A stretch of 34,096 nt of DNA, from assembly GCA_018985235.1 (NCBI GenBank), contig JADGIG010000040.1, forward strand, positions 1 through 34,096, given 5' to 3'. Position numbers and translations under genes: made by a program. Every line of letters begins with the position of its first letter. The first letter of the stretch is position 1. This stretch comes from Sanchytrium tribonematis. Taxonomy: Eukaryota. Positions 21,247 to 31,457 of this stretch are shown piece by piece. The notes beneath the pieces are model-generated. The model was given only the letters and a program-made list of their open reading frames with translations, was not told the origin of the DNA and ran no database searches.

Positions 21247-23725
21247 ATGAGTGCCCTAGATCAATTATTTGAAAATCGCAAGCCAGGTAATAAAGCAAAT
21301 AGATCAAAAAAATCAGAACTCAACTCTGATGGGAATCTTCTAGGAAGCGATAATGTCACCACGGCAAAAAAAAGTGAGTCTGAGGTTTTTGAAATAAAGA
21401 TCAAATCGAAAAAGGAAAAACTCAAAGAAAAAAAGCTCAGAGATAAGATGGAAAGAAAAACTCAAAAAATATCTACAAATGTTCAACAGACTCAGATTAA
21501 AGCTAAATTGAAGACTGTTCAAACTTCAGATTTAATTGAAGTCGAGGAAAGTAGTGTTGAATCGATACAGGATGTTGAGGAGATAGAACGTCTGTCATTT
21601 TCAAGTACCCCAGAGCCCGAAATCAAGTTATCGGATAAAAAAATGGACACTGAAGAAAAAGTAAAATATTCTGACAAGAAGAAAAAGAAAACGAAGAAGC
21701 CAACAACCAATAATCGCTCACCAGAGAAAAAAAAATCTAGCATAAATTCCACGAAAGAGGTCTTGAAAAACGAAGAGATCGACAATTGGGAAGAAATGTT
21801 GTCTGACGATGAGGAGATTGCGAAAGGTTTTGATCAACCCGAACTGTTAAAACTATCCGGCAGGAAGTCGAATCCTTTATTGACTAAGGAGACTACAGAA
21901 GAAATGATACCAAGCAAGGAAGAAGTGCACCTTAGATCACCTATCTGCTGTATTTTAGGACATGTTGACACTGGTAAGACTAAATTGCTAGACAATATCA
22001 GACAGACAAATGTACAAGGCCAGGAGCATGGAGGTATTACACAACAAATTGGAGCCACATATATGCCGTTAGAAGCCATTCGGAAGCGAACGTCAGTTTT
22101 GGGTATAAAGGACACTTTTGAGTATAAAATACCGGGACTCTTAGTGATTGACACTCCAGGTCACGAAAGTTTTAGTAACTTGAGATCAAGAGGCAGTTCA
22201 CTATGTAATATAGCTATTCTTGTAGTCGACATAACTCATGGATTAGAACCACAAACAATCGAATCTCTAAATCTTTTGAGACAGCGAAAGACCCCATTTA
22301 TTGTCGCACTTAACAAGATTGATCGGCTGTACGGATGGGAGTCCCCGCCTAATATTGGCTTAGGAGACGCTTTAAAAATGCAAAAGGAAGATGTCAAGAG
22401 ATTATATAATGACAAAGTCCAACAAATGATGCTGGAATTCTCGGAACAAGGATTTAATACTGAGCTATATTATAAAAACAAAAATATGTCAAAGTACATT
22501 TCACTAGTCCCGACTTCCGCATTCACTGGTGTAGGTGTTTCAGATCTATTACAACTATTAATACATTTGACTCAATCACGTATGAGCTCACAATTGACTT
22601 ACCAGGAGAAAGTCCAATGTACGGTGTTAGAGGTTAAAGTGACTGAAGGGGTTGGAACTACTCTTGATGTGATTTTAGTGAATGGGATTTTAAAAGAAGG
22701 ACAAACCATAGTTGTTTGTGGATTGAACGGTCCTATCGTAACGCAGATACGCGCTCTATTGACCCCACAGCCTATGAAAGAAATGCGAGTCAAATCACAA
22801 TACATTAATAACAAAGAAATTAAAGCTGCTATGGGGGTGCGAGTTTGTGGGGAAAATTTGGAAAATTGCATAGCTGGATGCCGGCTCTTGGTTTCGAAAT
22901 CGCCAGAAGATATAGAAGAATTGAAGCAAATTTCACTTGACGATTTTCAGTCGATGGAAAAGTTTTTAGACAAATCTGGTAGAGGCGTCTATGTTCAGGC
23001 TAGTACTCTCGGCTCTTTAGAAGCACTCTTGACCTTTTTAAATGACATGAAAATTCCAGTTTTTCAGATCAGCATTGGTCCAATTCACAAAAAAGATGTG
23101 ATGAAAGCTTCTATTATGATGGAACATAATCCCGAATATGCTGTAATGCTTTGCTTTGATGTGAAAGCAGACAAAGATGTCCTGGATCTTGCAGAAGAAC
23201 TTGGAATTACCATTTTTCAAGCTGACATAATATATCATCTCTTTGACAAATTTACTGAGTATCACCAATCTACATTAGAAAAGAAGAGGAAAGAGCAAGC
23301 ACCAAAGGCTGTTTTCCCTTGTATATTAAAAACTTTGGCTGCCTTCAACAAAAGGGATCCAATAATTCTGGGAGTTGATGTTGTGGAAGGAGTGCTAAGA
23401 GTTGGAACTCCATTGTGTGTTATGATAGAGGTCCTTTTGACTTATTTAGGGGGTGCCTTTAGGGATCGGGAATGTGACGAGTATCGAGAAAGAGCATAAA
23501 TCTTTAACTTCTGTTAGAAAAGGTCAATCAGGTGGTGGAGTGGCGGTCAAAATAGAGAGCAATGTCGCACGTCAATTTGGTCGCCATTTTTCTGAAAAAG
23601 ATGCAATTTATTCCAAAATATCAAGAGCCAGTATTGATATTCTCAAAGAAACGTTTCGAGAAGAGATGGAGAAGGACGATTGGCAGCTGATTGTTAAATT
23701 GAAGCAAATTCTCAATATTAAATAA
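21247..23725 (+). CDS. EIF5B: Translation initiation factor eIF5B; exons 21247-23430 and 23450-23725, 819 aa
   Basis: [41 protein letters not shown]; exon 2 IG.VTSIE..HK...[12 protein letters not shown]. Confidence 0.95.
23431..23449 (+). other. Spliceosomal intron, 19 nt: GTCCTTTTGACTTATTTAG
   Basis: GT-AG; joins ORF 21247..23499 to the frame of 23453..23725. Confidence 0.88.
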
Positions 23726-23892
23726 ATTCCGTTTCTTGTTACCTAAGAAACTCGTATTTGAGACCAGATTCTATTTTCACCTTTGTTTCTATTTTTCTAT
23801 CAAGAATGAAAAATGAAATTTTTTCCTTGTGATATATACGTCAAAAACGTGACTTTGAATTTTGTTTAAATGGGATTCACTGAAACTAATTT

Positions 23893-24856
23893 ATGGATGG
23901 CTTGAGGGTGCTAGGAATTGACGCAGTTAAAGAGGAGACTGGCTCTACACTTCAATTGTATGTTATTCAGGTTGTTCTTAATCATAAACAGTATTATATA
24001 TTCAGAAGATTTTCAGAAATTAAAGAAATTTATTATATTCAATTAAAACAGGACTCCTCTTACTTTTCTACTACAACTTTAAATGATGGGCTGGATAAAG
24101 ACATTTTGACGGTTCAACAAGCACTTGATCAAATCAGCTTAACCAATTTGAAGAATTTTATAAAACCAACATTTTACGACATTTCGTTATCGAAAAGATC
24201 GCCATGTTTGAAAAGAATAGAACAGGTCAACGTTCAAAGATCAGAAACGTTGAATGGTTATCGTGATGAAGGAGTTACTCTTGAAATATTAAGTCATTAC
24301 CTCGAGGATGTAGTCAACCCATTATTTCTTGACTCAGACCACATTAGTTTAGCAGACGATATGGTTCCGATAAAATCTGGTCCTGTTCCACTCTGTCGTT
24401 CACTCTCTGATCCTATAAACAAAAAAATTTTACATTCTAATTCTTCACTTCATTTACGATTTGATCAAACAGAAGTGTACGATTACCTTAGTCTTACATT
24501 TTTGAATTCGAAAAGATCTAAATTATCAAAATCTTTTGTGATACATGTTGCAATGGGAAGATCGATACAATCACGAAACCATTATACAATTGTCAGAAAT
24601 ATGAAAGAAATCAAGCAGTTTTATGATTCAATTGTTTACTCCGTAGAAAGCGGATTACCAGGTGTTCGGCCCTGTAGGTTGCTTTCATTTGATAAGCTCA
24701 AAGCAAGTACTTGTCAAGAATTAAATCAAGCTTTCCAAGTATTTATTGTTCACTAAGTTTCTAGACTATTTGGTTTTTAAAAGATCTAACAACGATATAT
24801 ATGCTTTTTTAAGAGAGTCTCTTAACGATCAACTTCTAAGTCAACACACAAAATAA
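23893..24856 (+). CDS. PX-domain-like protein, possibly two PX domains; exons 23893-24738 and 24758-24856, 314 aa
   Basis: YVIQV...YYIFRRFSEI (PX RRFS motif) and a second FVIHV...YTIVRNMKEIKQFY...LP block; splicing adds FLDYLV...IYAFL, like a PX C-terminus. Confidence 0.6.
24739..24757 (+). other. Spliceosomal intron, 19 nt: GTATTTATTGTTCACTAAG
   Basis: GT-AG, matches the T-N-A-Y-N-W-AG consensus, removes the in-frame TAA and extends the ORF to a stop overlapped by AATAAA. Confidence 0.75.
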
Positions 24857-24920
24857 AATTAAATTCTCACCTATCACATTTCTCCTTTAAAACAACTATT
24901 GTTTTTGAAACTATTTCTTG

Positions 24921-25575
24921 ATGGATCCGACTGCCCAACCATTTTTATCAACTATTCAACCAGTTCCAAGCCAAAATCCGATTCCAACAATTATTCCTGG
25001 TGCAAATACCAATGGCATCGTTCCTACATTACAAAATATTGTCGCCACTGTAAATTTAGATTGCAAATTGGATCTAAAAACGATTGCTCTACATGCAAGA
25101 AATGCGGAATATAATCCAAAACGATTTGCCGCTGTGATAATGAGAATACGAGAACCAAAAACAACTGCTTTGATCTTTTCAAGTGGGAAGATGGTGGTAA
25201 CTGGAGCTAAGTCCGAAGAACAGTCAAGGTTAGCAGCTAGAAAATACGCGAGGATTGTCCAGAAACTTGGTTTTCCTGCGAGATTTACGGAATTCAAGTT
25301 ATTTGTATTAACGTAGGGTTCAGAATATTGTTGGCAGTTGTGACGTCAAATTTCCAATAAGACTTGAGGGTCTTGCTTACGCTCATGGACAATTCAGCAG
25401 CTACGAGCCGGAACTTTTTCCTGGTTTAATTTATAGAATGGTAAAACCAAAAGTTGTATTACTGATATTTGTTTCTGGGAAAATAGTGATCACGGGCGCA
25501 AAATTTAGGGAAGAAATTTACCAAGGATTTGAGAACATATATCCAGTATTAGCTGAATTTCGAAAACAAAATTGA
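24921..25575 (+). CDS. TBP: TATA-binding protein; exons 24921-25297 and 25317-25575, 211 aa
   Basis: [10 protein letters not shown]...[26 protein letters not shown]; exon 2 (absent from ORF track) reads [19 protein letters not shown]...[13 protein letters not shown]...[12 protein letters not shown]. Confidence 0.97.
25298..25316 (+). other. Spliceosomal intron, 19 nt: GTTATTTGTATTAACGTAG
   Basis: GT-AG; AA|G GTT CAG restores [12 protein letters not shown] in a nearly invariant protein. Confidence 0.95.
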
Positions 25576-25607
25576 AAAATAAAGTTTACCAACAATTTAT
25601 TCTTAAG

Positions 25608-26471
25608 TTAAAGTGACGAACCATATGCCGAATCCCAACTGCCAACAATAAACTTGTCTTCCGAGTCCACATCAATTCCTTCATCCCAACTAAAAGGTGT
25701 ATCATCAACAAATTTCTCAATTTTTGAAAATCTATCAAAGAGGGTATTAGCATCCATTCTTTGGCTTGGATCGGCCTGCAACAAATTCTCTAGAATATCG
25801 AGAACTTCGTCTGAGAATGGATATATTTGAGTTAAAAATGATCTCGGGTTGCGAGCAAATTCAGAGTATGCGGCATCTTCTGTACTTGACCATATATCTT
25901 CAGCACATAGCAAGTTGATGAGCAATAAACCCAGAGACCACATATCTTGCTTAGAGGCATCGTATTCAGTCTCCCCGTTTACTTCTGGTGCTCTATACAT
26001 AGAGGTGCCGGAGCAATCAGTTACTTTCAAATCTTTGCAGGCTAACCCAAAATCGGCTAATAATGCTCGGTTTTTATAAATCATAACATTTTCTGGTTTT
26101 ATATCCCTATGATATATTTTTTGAGAATGTAAATAAGCAACAGCCTTAACTACATCTTCAAAGTATGATTTGACCTGGTCGTCCATTACCATGAATGAGT
26201 TGATCATAGTATAAACATCGTACTCACAATAAGGCATGACCACATATATATTATCGCTTGCTTTTATGACGTTGTTGATAGGGAGTATATTCGGATGACA
26301 ACATTCTGATTGAATATCCACTTCCTGCTCACTCCATTTATCGTAAGCCATCTCTTTTACTGCGAAAGACTTCCCTTGTTTATCCATCATTTTATAAACT
26401 GTTCCAAAGGAACCTTTTCCAATTTCCTCCACTATTCTGCCTACCGAAGAAAGCGAAGTTTGTGTAGTCAT
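25608..26471 (-). CDS. Ser/Thr protein kinase, fungal Ran1/Pat1 (Sks1/Vhs1)-like
   Basis: IGKGSFGTV, AVKE, HRDIKPEN, DFGLA, APE; DMWSLGLLLINL.C...W....D..Y..F...P..FL..I.P.S resembles the Ran1 family. Confidence 0.8.
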   Translation of the reverse strand: MTTQTSLSSVGRIVEEIGKGSFGTVYKMMDKQGKSFAVKEMAYDKWSEQEVDIQSECCHPNILPINNVIKASDNIYVVMPYCEYDVYTMINSFMVMDDQVKSYFEDVVKAVAYLHSQKIYHRDIKPENVMIYKNRALLADFGLACKDLKVTDCSGTSMYRAPEVNGETEYDASKQDMWSLGLLLINLLCAEDIWSSTEDAAYSEFARNPRSFLTQIYPFSDEVLDILENLLQADPSQRMDANTLFDRFSKIEKFVDDTPFSWDEGIDVDSEDKFIVGSWDSAYGSSL

Positions 26472-26638
26472 GTTGTGAATGAAGGGAATAATGACTTTAA
26501 ATCACATACAAACCAATCATATTGCCTATGACTCAGACACGTGATGTATCCCCTGGTTCGTCCAAATTAGAGCAAGGGATTCTAGAAAAGACACGAATAT
26601 CAAACTGTCTCAGAAAACTTATTTATTAATTTTTTCAC

Positions 26639-27364
26639 TCAATCAATGACAAGGAAAATATTATCACTGACCTCTCTAATAGATACAGGGTTACCATTTA
26701 AAGAAAGCCACTTTAACGTTTTCGTCGACACAGTAACTTTGGGGATTTGATTTTTACTTATATCTAAAAGCTCAAGTGATTCAAAAGATAAGACACTCGG
26801 AATTTTTTTTAATTGACAATTGGAGCAATGCAGTTCTTGCAAATTTTGCTTGAGATAATTTAATGATGAAGGCAAGTATTGTATTGGATTACCGCTTATT
26901 TTGAAAATCTTAATCTTTTGTAAGCTGAGGAAAAATTCTGCTGTAAGACTTGTGATGTAATTTTCACTCAAGTCTAGTTCTTGTAGGCTATTGTGAGAAA
27001 TCCAGTCATTAGAAAAAGATTTGAAATTATTTTTGAATAGACAAAGTCTAATTAGTTTTGATTTCTTGGTATCGCGGGTCAATGAAGAAAGATAATTACT
27101 ATTTAGATTTAAATCTTTAAGATTTTCTTGAAAAATAAAATTTTCTAATTTTTGTAATCTGTTGTAACTTAAGTCCAGTCTGACCAGCATCTTGAAATTC
27201 TGAAGCTCGTTTGGTACTTCTCTCAAGTCGTTATTTGATAAAAATAACTCAGTCAAAAAATTAGGTGCCATCTTCAACTTTAACATTTTTCCGTAAGAAA
27301 AATCAAAACATTGGTCTGCATATTCATTTTTTGTCAAAGATTTGTTTAAACTCAAATTATCCAT
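26639..27364 (-). CDS. Leucine-rich repeat protein (241 aa)
   Basis: Repeated LxxLxLSxNxL units (LTELFLSNNDL, LVRLDLSYNRL, LQELDLSENYI, LELLDISKNQI). Confidence 0.85.
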   Translation of the reverse strand: MDNLSLNKSLTKNEYADQCFDFSYGKMLKLKMAPNFLTELFLSNNDLREVPNELQNFKMLVRLDLSYNRLQKLENFIFQENLKDLNLNSNYLSSLTRDTKKSKLIRLCLFKNNFKSFSNDWISHNSLQELDLSENYITSLTAEFFLSLQKIKIFKISGNPIQYLPSSLNYLKQNLQELHCSNCQLKKIPSVLSFESLELLDISKNQIPKVTVSTKTLKWLSLNGNPVSIREVSDNIFLVID

Positions 27365-27398
27365 TGGATTTCAAAAGTGAAGCCACAATTTATTGGTT

Positions 27399-28323
27399 TC
27401 AGATTGAAATTTGACCATACTGTCTTTGCTCCTTAAATCGATCTAGCCTTTCCTTGATAATGTAATAAAATGTAGCGTCCTCCCAATCCATATTCTTGAA
27501 TTTTTTGCGATAGCCGACGATACTGAAATAAACAATTATGAAAGAGAGAAAGCTATATGAAAATAAAATACATGGCTAATATAATTAACAAAGTGATGGG
27601 AGGTCCAGTTAGTAGTGTTGGACAGGTGCCATTATTTAAAATAATTCTTCGAACGTTAGGCCCTCCAGTAAATAATGGCTGACCTATAATTTCTCGATTT
27701 CCATTAGAATTGCAATTTAATTCTAGTTCGTATTGTTGTGACTGGTACAGAAACCTATAAACTATCTTATCCGAGTCTATTTCGCGAATATACGGATTTT
27801 CTAGACCAATCTTCGAGTTAACACATATAGAGTTGTAATCGCAATTATCTCGCGAAGCAGTTCCGAAAAAATTTTGACACTTGAAATTAAATTTATCCTG
27901 GTCATCGCTAAATTCTACATCTTTTACGTCAACTGTATAACCTTGAAATCTAACAGCACAAGTTTCCTTTAATTTTGGACAAAAATAAGGATGTTGGTAC
28001 AAAGCATCAAAACTACATTTCTGTATTTTTCCTTTAGGACTGAAAAATACATTGCCACACGAAAGCTCTATAGTGGTAGCAGCATTAGAATTCTCGCAAT
28101 CTCCACCCAAAAAAGTAGCAACATTGCCATCCAGTTTCAAATCATTCCCGATTCCATCAAAGTTCACACCATCAGATGATTTGCAAATATAGTTTTCACA
28201 AGGCCTTAAATTAATGTCTTGATCGCAAAAGTTGAAATAGAAGCTCACGTCAGATGCATATTGAAAATAAGGTGTCTTCTTATTAAATTGAGAAAATTCT
28301 ATTAAATCAAAATTTTTACACAT
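27399..28323 (-). CDS. MRH-domain (mannose-6-phosphate receptor/Atg27-like) type I membrane protein; exons 28323-27572 and 27552-27399, 301 aa; start uncertain
   Basis: Cys pattern FYFNFC...GGDC...TTIELSC...CSF...HPYFC and a second similar block. Splicing completes a TM helix (ITLLIILAIFLSFIIVYFSIVGY), then RKK and a tail ending QYGQISI*. Confidence 0.7.
27553..27571 (-). other. Spliceosomal intron, 19 nt: GTATTTTATTTTCATATAG
   Basis: GT-AG, consensus match; removes the TAG and opens a 154-nt exon coding the rest of the TM helix and a cytosolic tail. Confidence 0.82.
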
Positions 28324-28329
28324 GTAACA

Positions 28330-28692
28330 ATGCTAGTTCCCCATAAAAATCAATTTTGGTTTTCCCTTGGAATCTTATTACTCGCTTTTACAACTAACAA
28401 GCTAGTTTTAAAAATTGGCAAACTAATTTATCAAGCGGATATACATCTGAGACTCACACTTGCTTATGAAATCTTATCTACAGAATCCTTGAGACAGAAA
28501 TTAAATTTAGTTATTAAGCTTAACGATTTTAGTATCGAATTATCAAAGCATTACACATCCTTAATTGGAATGACAAATTTGATTGATTTACACAATGAAT
28601 CACTCAAGAAAATTAGTTCAGGAATACGCACGTTACGAACAATGTCAATTATCAGGAAAAAATTACCAAAAATAAAAAGAATGAAAGAATAG
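28330..28692 (+). CDS. Hypothetical protein (120 aa) with N-terminal hydrophobic segment
   Basis: ATG-initiated ORF in otherwise unassigned space; no homology recognised. Confidence 0.4.
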   Translation: MLVPHKNQFWFSLGILLLAFTTNKLVLKIGKLIYQADIHLRLTLAYEILSTESLRQKLNLVIKLNDFSIELSKHYTSLIGMTNLIDLHNESLKKISSGIRTLRTMSIIRKKLPKIKRMKE

Positions 28693-28693
28693 T

Positions 28694-28909
28694 TTATTTG
28701 TAGGTAATAGGCATATTCCAACCAACTCTAGCGGCCGCCTTTTTCTTCATATCATCGTTGGTTTTATTCGAAAAGTAATATTCCAATAGAGTTTCATATT
28801 TTATCGAGGAAAACAAGTATCCGATTTGAGAGCTTGAAAATTGAGGTTCAAATGCTGATAATTTCTGTTTGATCATGAATTTTTTAACAAATGTGGAACG
28901 CCCTTGCAT
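28694..28909 (-). CDS. Hypothetical small protein (71 aa from first ATG)
   Basis: ORF whose TAA is overlapped by AATAAA like many confident genes here; no homology recognised. Confidence 0.35.
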   Translation of the reverse strand: MQGRSTFVKKFMIKQKLSAFEPQFSSSQIGYLFSSIKYETLLEYYFSNKTNDDMKKKAAARVGWNMPITYK

Positions 28910-28967
28910 AACCAATTGTCGACGCGTTTCGCAGATAACTCCGTAAGTATCTGAAAGTTTTAAAGTA

Positions 28968-30155
28968 TTAAGTATAATTTACTATATCACGCAAAAAAAT
29001 TGAGTCCTCGTCCTCTATGCCATATATAATGTCGCATAGCCAGTGGTACTTGTGCGCAAATTTTAGTAAAATGTCAGAATCTCTATCTTGTAATAGAGAC
29101 GCATAGTATAAACCTATTCCGAGGCAGCTTGGTCCTGAACAATGGCTCATCAGCCATGAAACAATTTCCTCCAGATAGGAAGCTGCTGTATCGTCTAGAA
29201 ACTCTAAACCTTCAGCGTAAAGTTCAAATGCCACCTGCAGGAATTTAAAATACGCCCAACTTGATTTTTCAGATTTCCGCATTCTTTCCATCATATCAGT
29301 ATCAATGTCATCTTCCAATAATCTTTTATAAAATTCCATGTCTTCGACTATTTCGATAGCATTTTCGCATTTTGAACATTGCCACTTCTGATTCTCTTTG
29401 ATAGAAATGGAATATAAATCGAGAACCGATTTTAAATCTAAAAAATGCTCCAGTCCGGGCTCTTTCGACATCAATCCATCACAAAGATCACATTTAAAGC
29501 ATCTAGTAATATCCAACGAGCAACATTTTTTACAAAAGCAAAAAAAGCTTTTTTTGAGTAGTAAGTTATACCTTCGTAATAAAGTAGGCATAATCAATTC
29601 CTCACTTGGTAAGTAACTAATAGAAAGCACGTCACCGGCTTTAATGGATTTGCATGTAACAAATTTCAAGCCATTACCATCTTGCACAACAGCACAATTT
29701 GGATCACAATCATGCGAAAATTTTGAACCAATATTAAAAATTGCAAATTGATTGTCCAACATATGGCCATTTAACAAAGGAATGGTGATCAATTCTAACA
29801 TATCTTCAATAGAAAAATGAAACAACTCGCTTAAATGTTCAGCTATTTCTATATATTCGGGTAATTTGACCTCGAAAAGCTTAGGATAATTTGATAATTT
29901 TAAAGTGTAAAAATTTTGCAACATAAATTTGATATTTGTCGTATTCAGAGATTTGAAATACCCCGCAAATGATTCCAGACTACTGTCTTTTAAAAAACTG
30001 AATTTTTCTGAAAATTCGGCAACCAGTTCCCATCCTAAATATGGCGCCTCAAACAGAATGCATTCTCCAACATCTAAATCTTCCTTGGCCAGTAAATGCC
30101 GACCTAGCTTTTCATTGAAATTAATGTCCAAATTCATCGGTAAATTCAAATCCAT
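28968..30155 (-). CDS. SET-domain protein, SMYD/Set5-like lysine methyltransferase
   Basis: LGRHLLAKEDLDVGECILFEAP, SKFSHDCDPNC, IKAGDVLSISY, post-SET FFCFCKKC. Confidence 0.85.
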   Translation of the reverse strand: MDLNLPMNLDINFNEKLGRHLLAKEDLDVGECILFEAPYLGWELVAEFSEKFSFLKDSSLESFAGYFKSLNTTNIKFMLQNFYTLKLSNYPKLFEVKLPEYIEIAEHLSELFHFSIEDMLELITIPLLNGHMLDNQFAIFNIGSKFSHDCDPNCAVVQDGNGLKFVTCKSIKAGDVLSISYLPSEELIMPTLLRRYNLLLKKSFFCFCKKCCSLDITRCFKCDLCDGLMSKEPGLEHFLDLKSVLDLYSISIKENQKWQCSKCENAIEIVEDMEFYKRLLEDDIDTDMMERMRKSEKSSWAYFKFLQVAFELYAEGLEFLDDTAASYLEEIVSWLMSHCSGPSCLGIGLYYASLLQDRDSDILLKFAHKYHWLCDIIYGIEDEDSIFLRDIVNYT

Positions 30156-30401
30156 GTCGTTTGATTTCCCCTTGATTTTTGGATCAAATGTTTGTGTATT
30201 TCGAAAACAATATTCAATTATTACTAGTACTTAAAATATTATACAGAATAAATTTAAAGAGTGTACAATAGTTAGGTGTGGGAGTTTTTGAGCCACATGC
30301 TAGGTTTTTGTATGTTTAAATTTGAATATCTTTATAATGACAGTACGTGTACGTGTATTCGAAGACTCCAAAAAATTCACAAGAAATCTCCTAGTTAGAA
30401 A

Positions 30402-30860
30402 ATGTCTAATAGTTCAAAACGAATTTTGAAAGAAGTTCAAAGATTGCAAAGTGAGCCGATTCCGGATATAAAAATCATACCAAACGATGAAATGAGGTAT
30501 TTTCAAATATATTTGAAAGGCCCAAGAGAAACTCCCTACTACGGAATTTTTCATTTGGAATTGTATTTACCTGATAGCTATCCAATGGAACCTCCAAAAA
30601 TCAGGTTTCTGACAAAAGTTTACCATCCCAATATTGATTTATTGGGTCGAATCTGTTTGGATATTTTGAAAGATAAATGGACGCCGGCGCTTCAAATTCG
30701 AACAGTTCTGCTTAGTATCCAGGCTTTATTAAGTGCACCAAATCCCGACGATCCTCTTAACAATCAAGTGGCTAAAGAGTTCAAAGATAATCTTGATTTA
30801 GCTCAAAAAACGGCGCTTGAATATACTCAAAAGCATGCGCTGAAAGAGTTTCCACAATAA
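30402..30860 (+). CDS. UBC13: Ubiquitin-conjugating enzyme E2 N
   Basis: [69 protein letters not shown]. Confidence 0.93.
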   Translation: MSNSSKRILKEVQRLQSEPIPDIKIIPNDEMRYFQIYLKGPRETPYYGIFHLELYLPDSYPMEPPKIRFLTKVYHPNIDLLGRICLDILKDKWTPALQIRTVLLSIQALLSAPNPDDPLNNQVAKEFKDNLDLAQKTALEYTQKHALKEFPQ

Positions 30861-30879
30861 AACAACATCTTTTTTCTTT

Positions 30880-30970
30880 GATTGGAAATTAAAATTGAGC
30901 GAATTGGCGTAGAGTGGCTTTTATTAACCAATGACTACGCGTTATATAGCTATAAATTTTGAAATCCCCC
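30880..30970 (+). promoter_or_regulatory. Putative cofilin promoter: CCAAT boxes, TATA box, C-run
   Basis: ATTGG twice (near 30881 and 30903), CCAAT near 30928, TATAAAT at 30951-30957, CCCCCC shortly before the ATG at 30980. Confidence 0.4.
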
Positions 30971-30979
30971 CGTTGTAAC

Positions 30980-31396
30980 ATGGCATCAGGAGTTGCAGTA
31001 AGTGATGTTTGCTTGAACGCATTTCAAGATCTTAAAATGAACAAAAAATCAAAGTTCATCCTCTATAAGTTGAACAAAGACTTGACTGAAGTCGTTGTTG
31101 ACCAGACTTCCAACGGAACATACGAAGAGTTCATTCACGCACTCCCAAAAAAAGAATGCCGTTATGCTGTTTTTGATCTGGAATTTGACTTTGGCGAAGG
31201 CCCACGAAGCAAAATCGTGTTCTTTACATGGTCACCCGATGAGAGTAAAATCAGAGAAAAAATGGTTTATGCTTCTACTAAAGATGCTATCCGCAAGAAA
31301 TTAGTCGGAGTTCAAACTGAAATTCAGGCAACAGACTTGAGCGAGGTTGCAAAAGATGCAGTTTTGGACAAAGTTGCAAGACAGACTTCTAACTAA
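30980..31396 (+). CDS. COF1: Cofilin/actin-depolymerising factor
   Basis: MASGVAVSD.C...F, ECRYAVFD, RSKIVFFTWSPD, KMVYAST; true ATG at 30980. Confidence 0.96.
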   Translation: MASGVAVSDVCLNAFQDLKMNKKSKFILYKLNKDLTEVVVDQTSNGTYEEFIHALPKKECRYAVFDLEFDFGEGPRSKIVFFTWSPDESKIREKMVYASTKDAIRKKLVGVQTEIQATDLSEVAKDAVLDKVARQTSN

Positions 31397-31457
31397 AAAT
31401 AAATGATAAATTTATTCATAACTGAAAGATGTGCAGAGCAAAACTCATGGGAATTTC

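Noticed and set aside
28692..28710. 19-nt GT-AG segment GTTTATTTGTAGGTAATAG at the stop of ORF 28330
   Set aside because: Fails the -8 T/-6 A consensus, and removal recreates the same TAG.
28951..28982. Possible 32-nt intron extending the SET gene toward ORF 28694
   Set aside because: Length and 3' end do not match the other introns, and it does not join the frame of ORF 28694.
30156..30401. Longest confident spacer (246 nt) with an Sm-site-like ATTTTTG, a weak hairpin and a short GTACGT duplication
   Set aside because: No snRNA, snoRNA or tRNA hallmarks could be confirmed by eye; more simply a divergent promoter. An Rfam scan would settle it.
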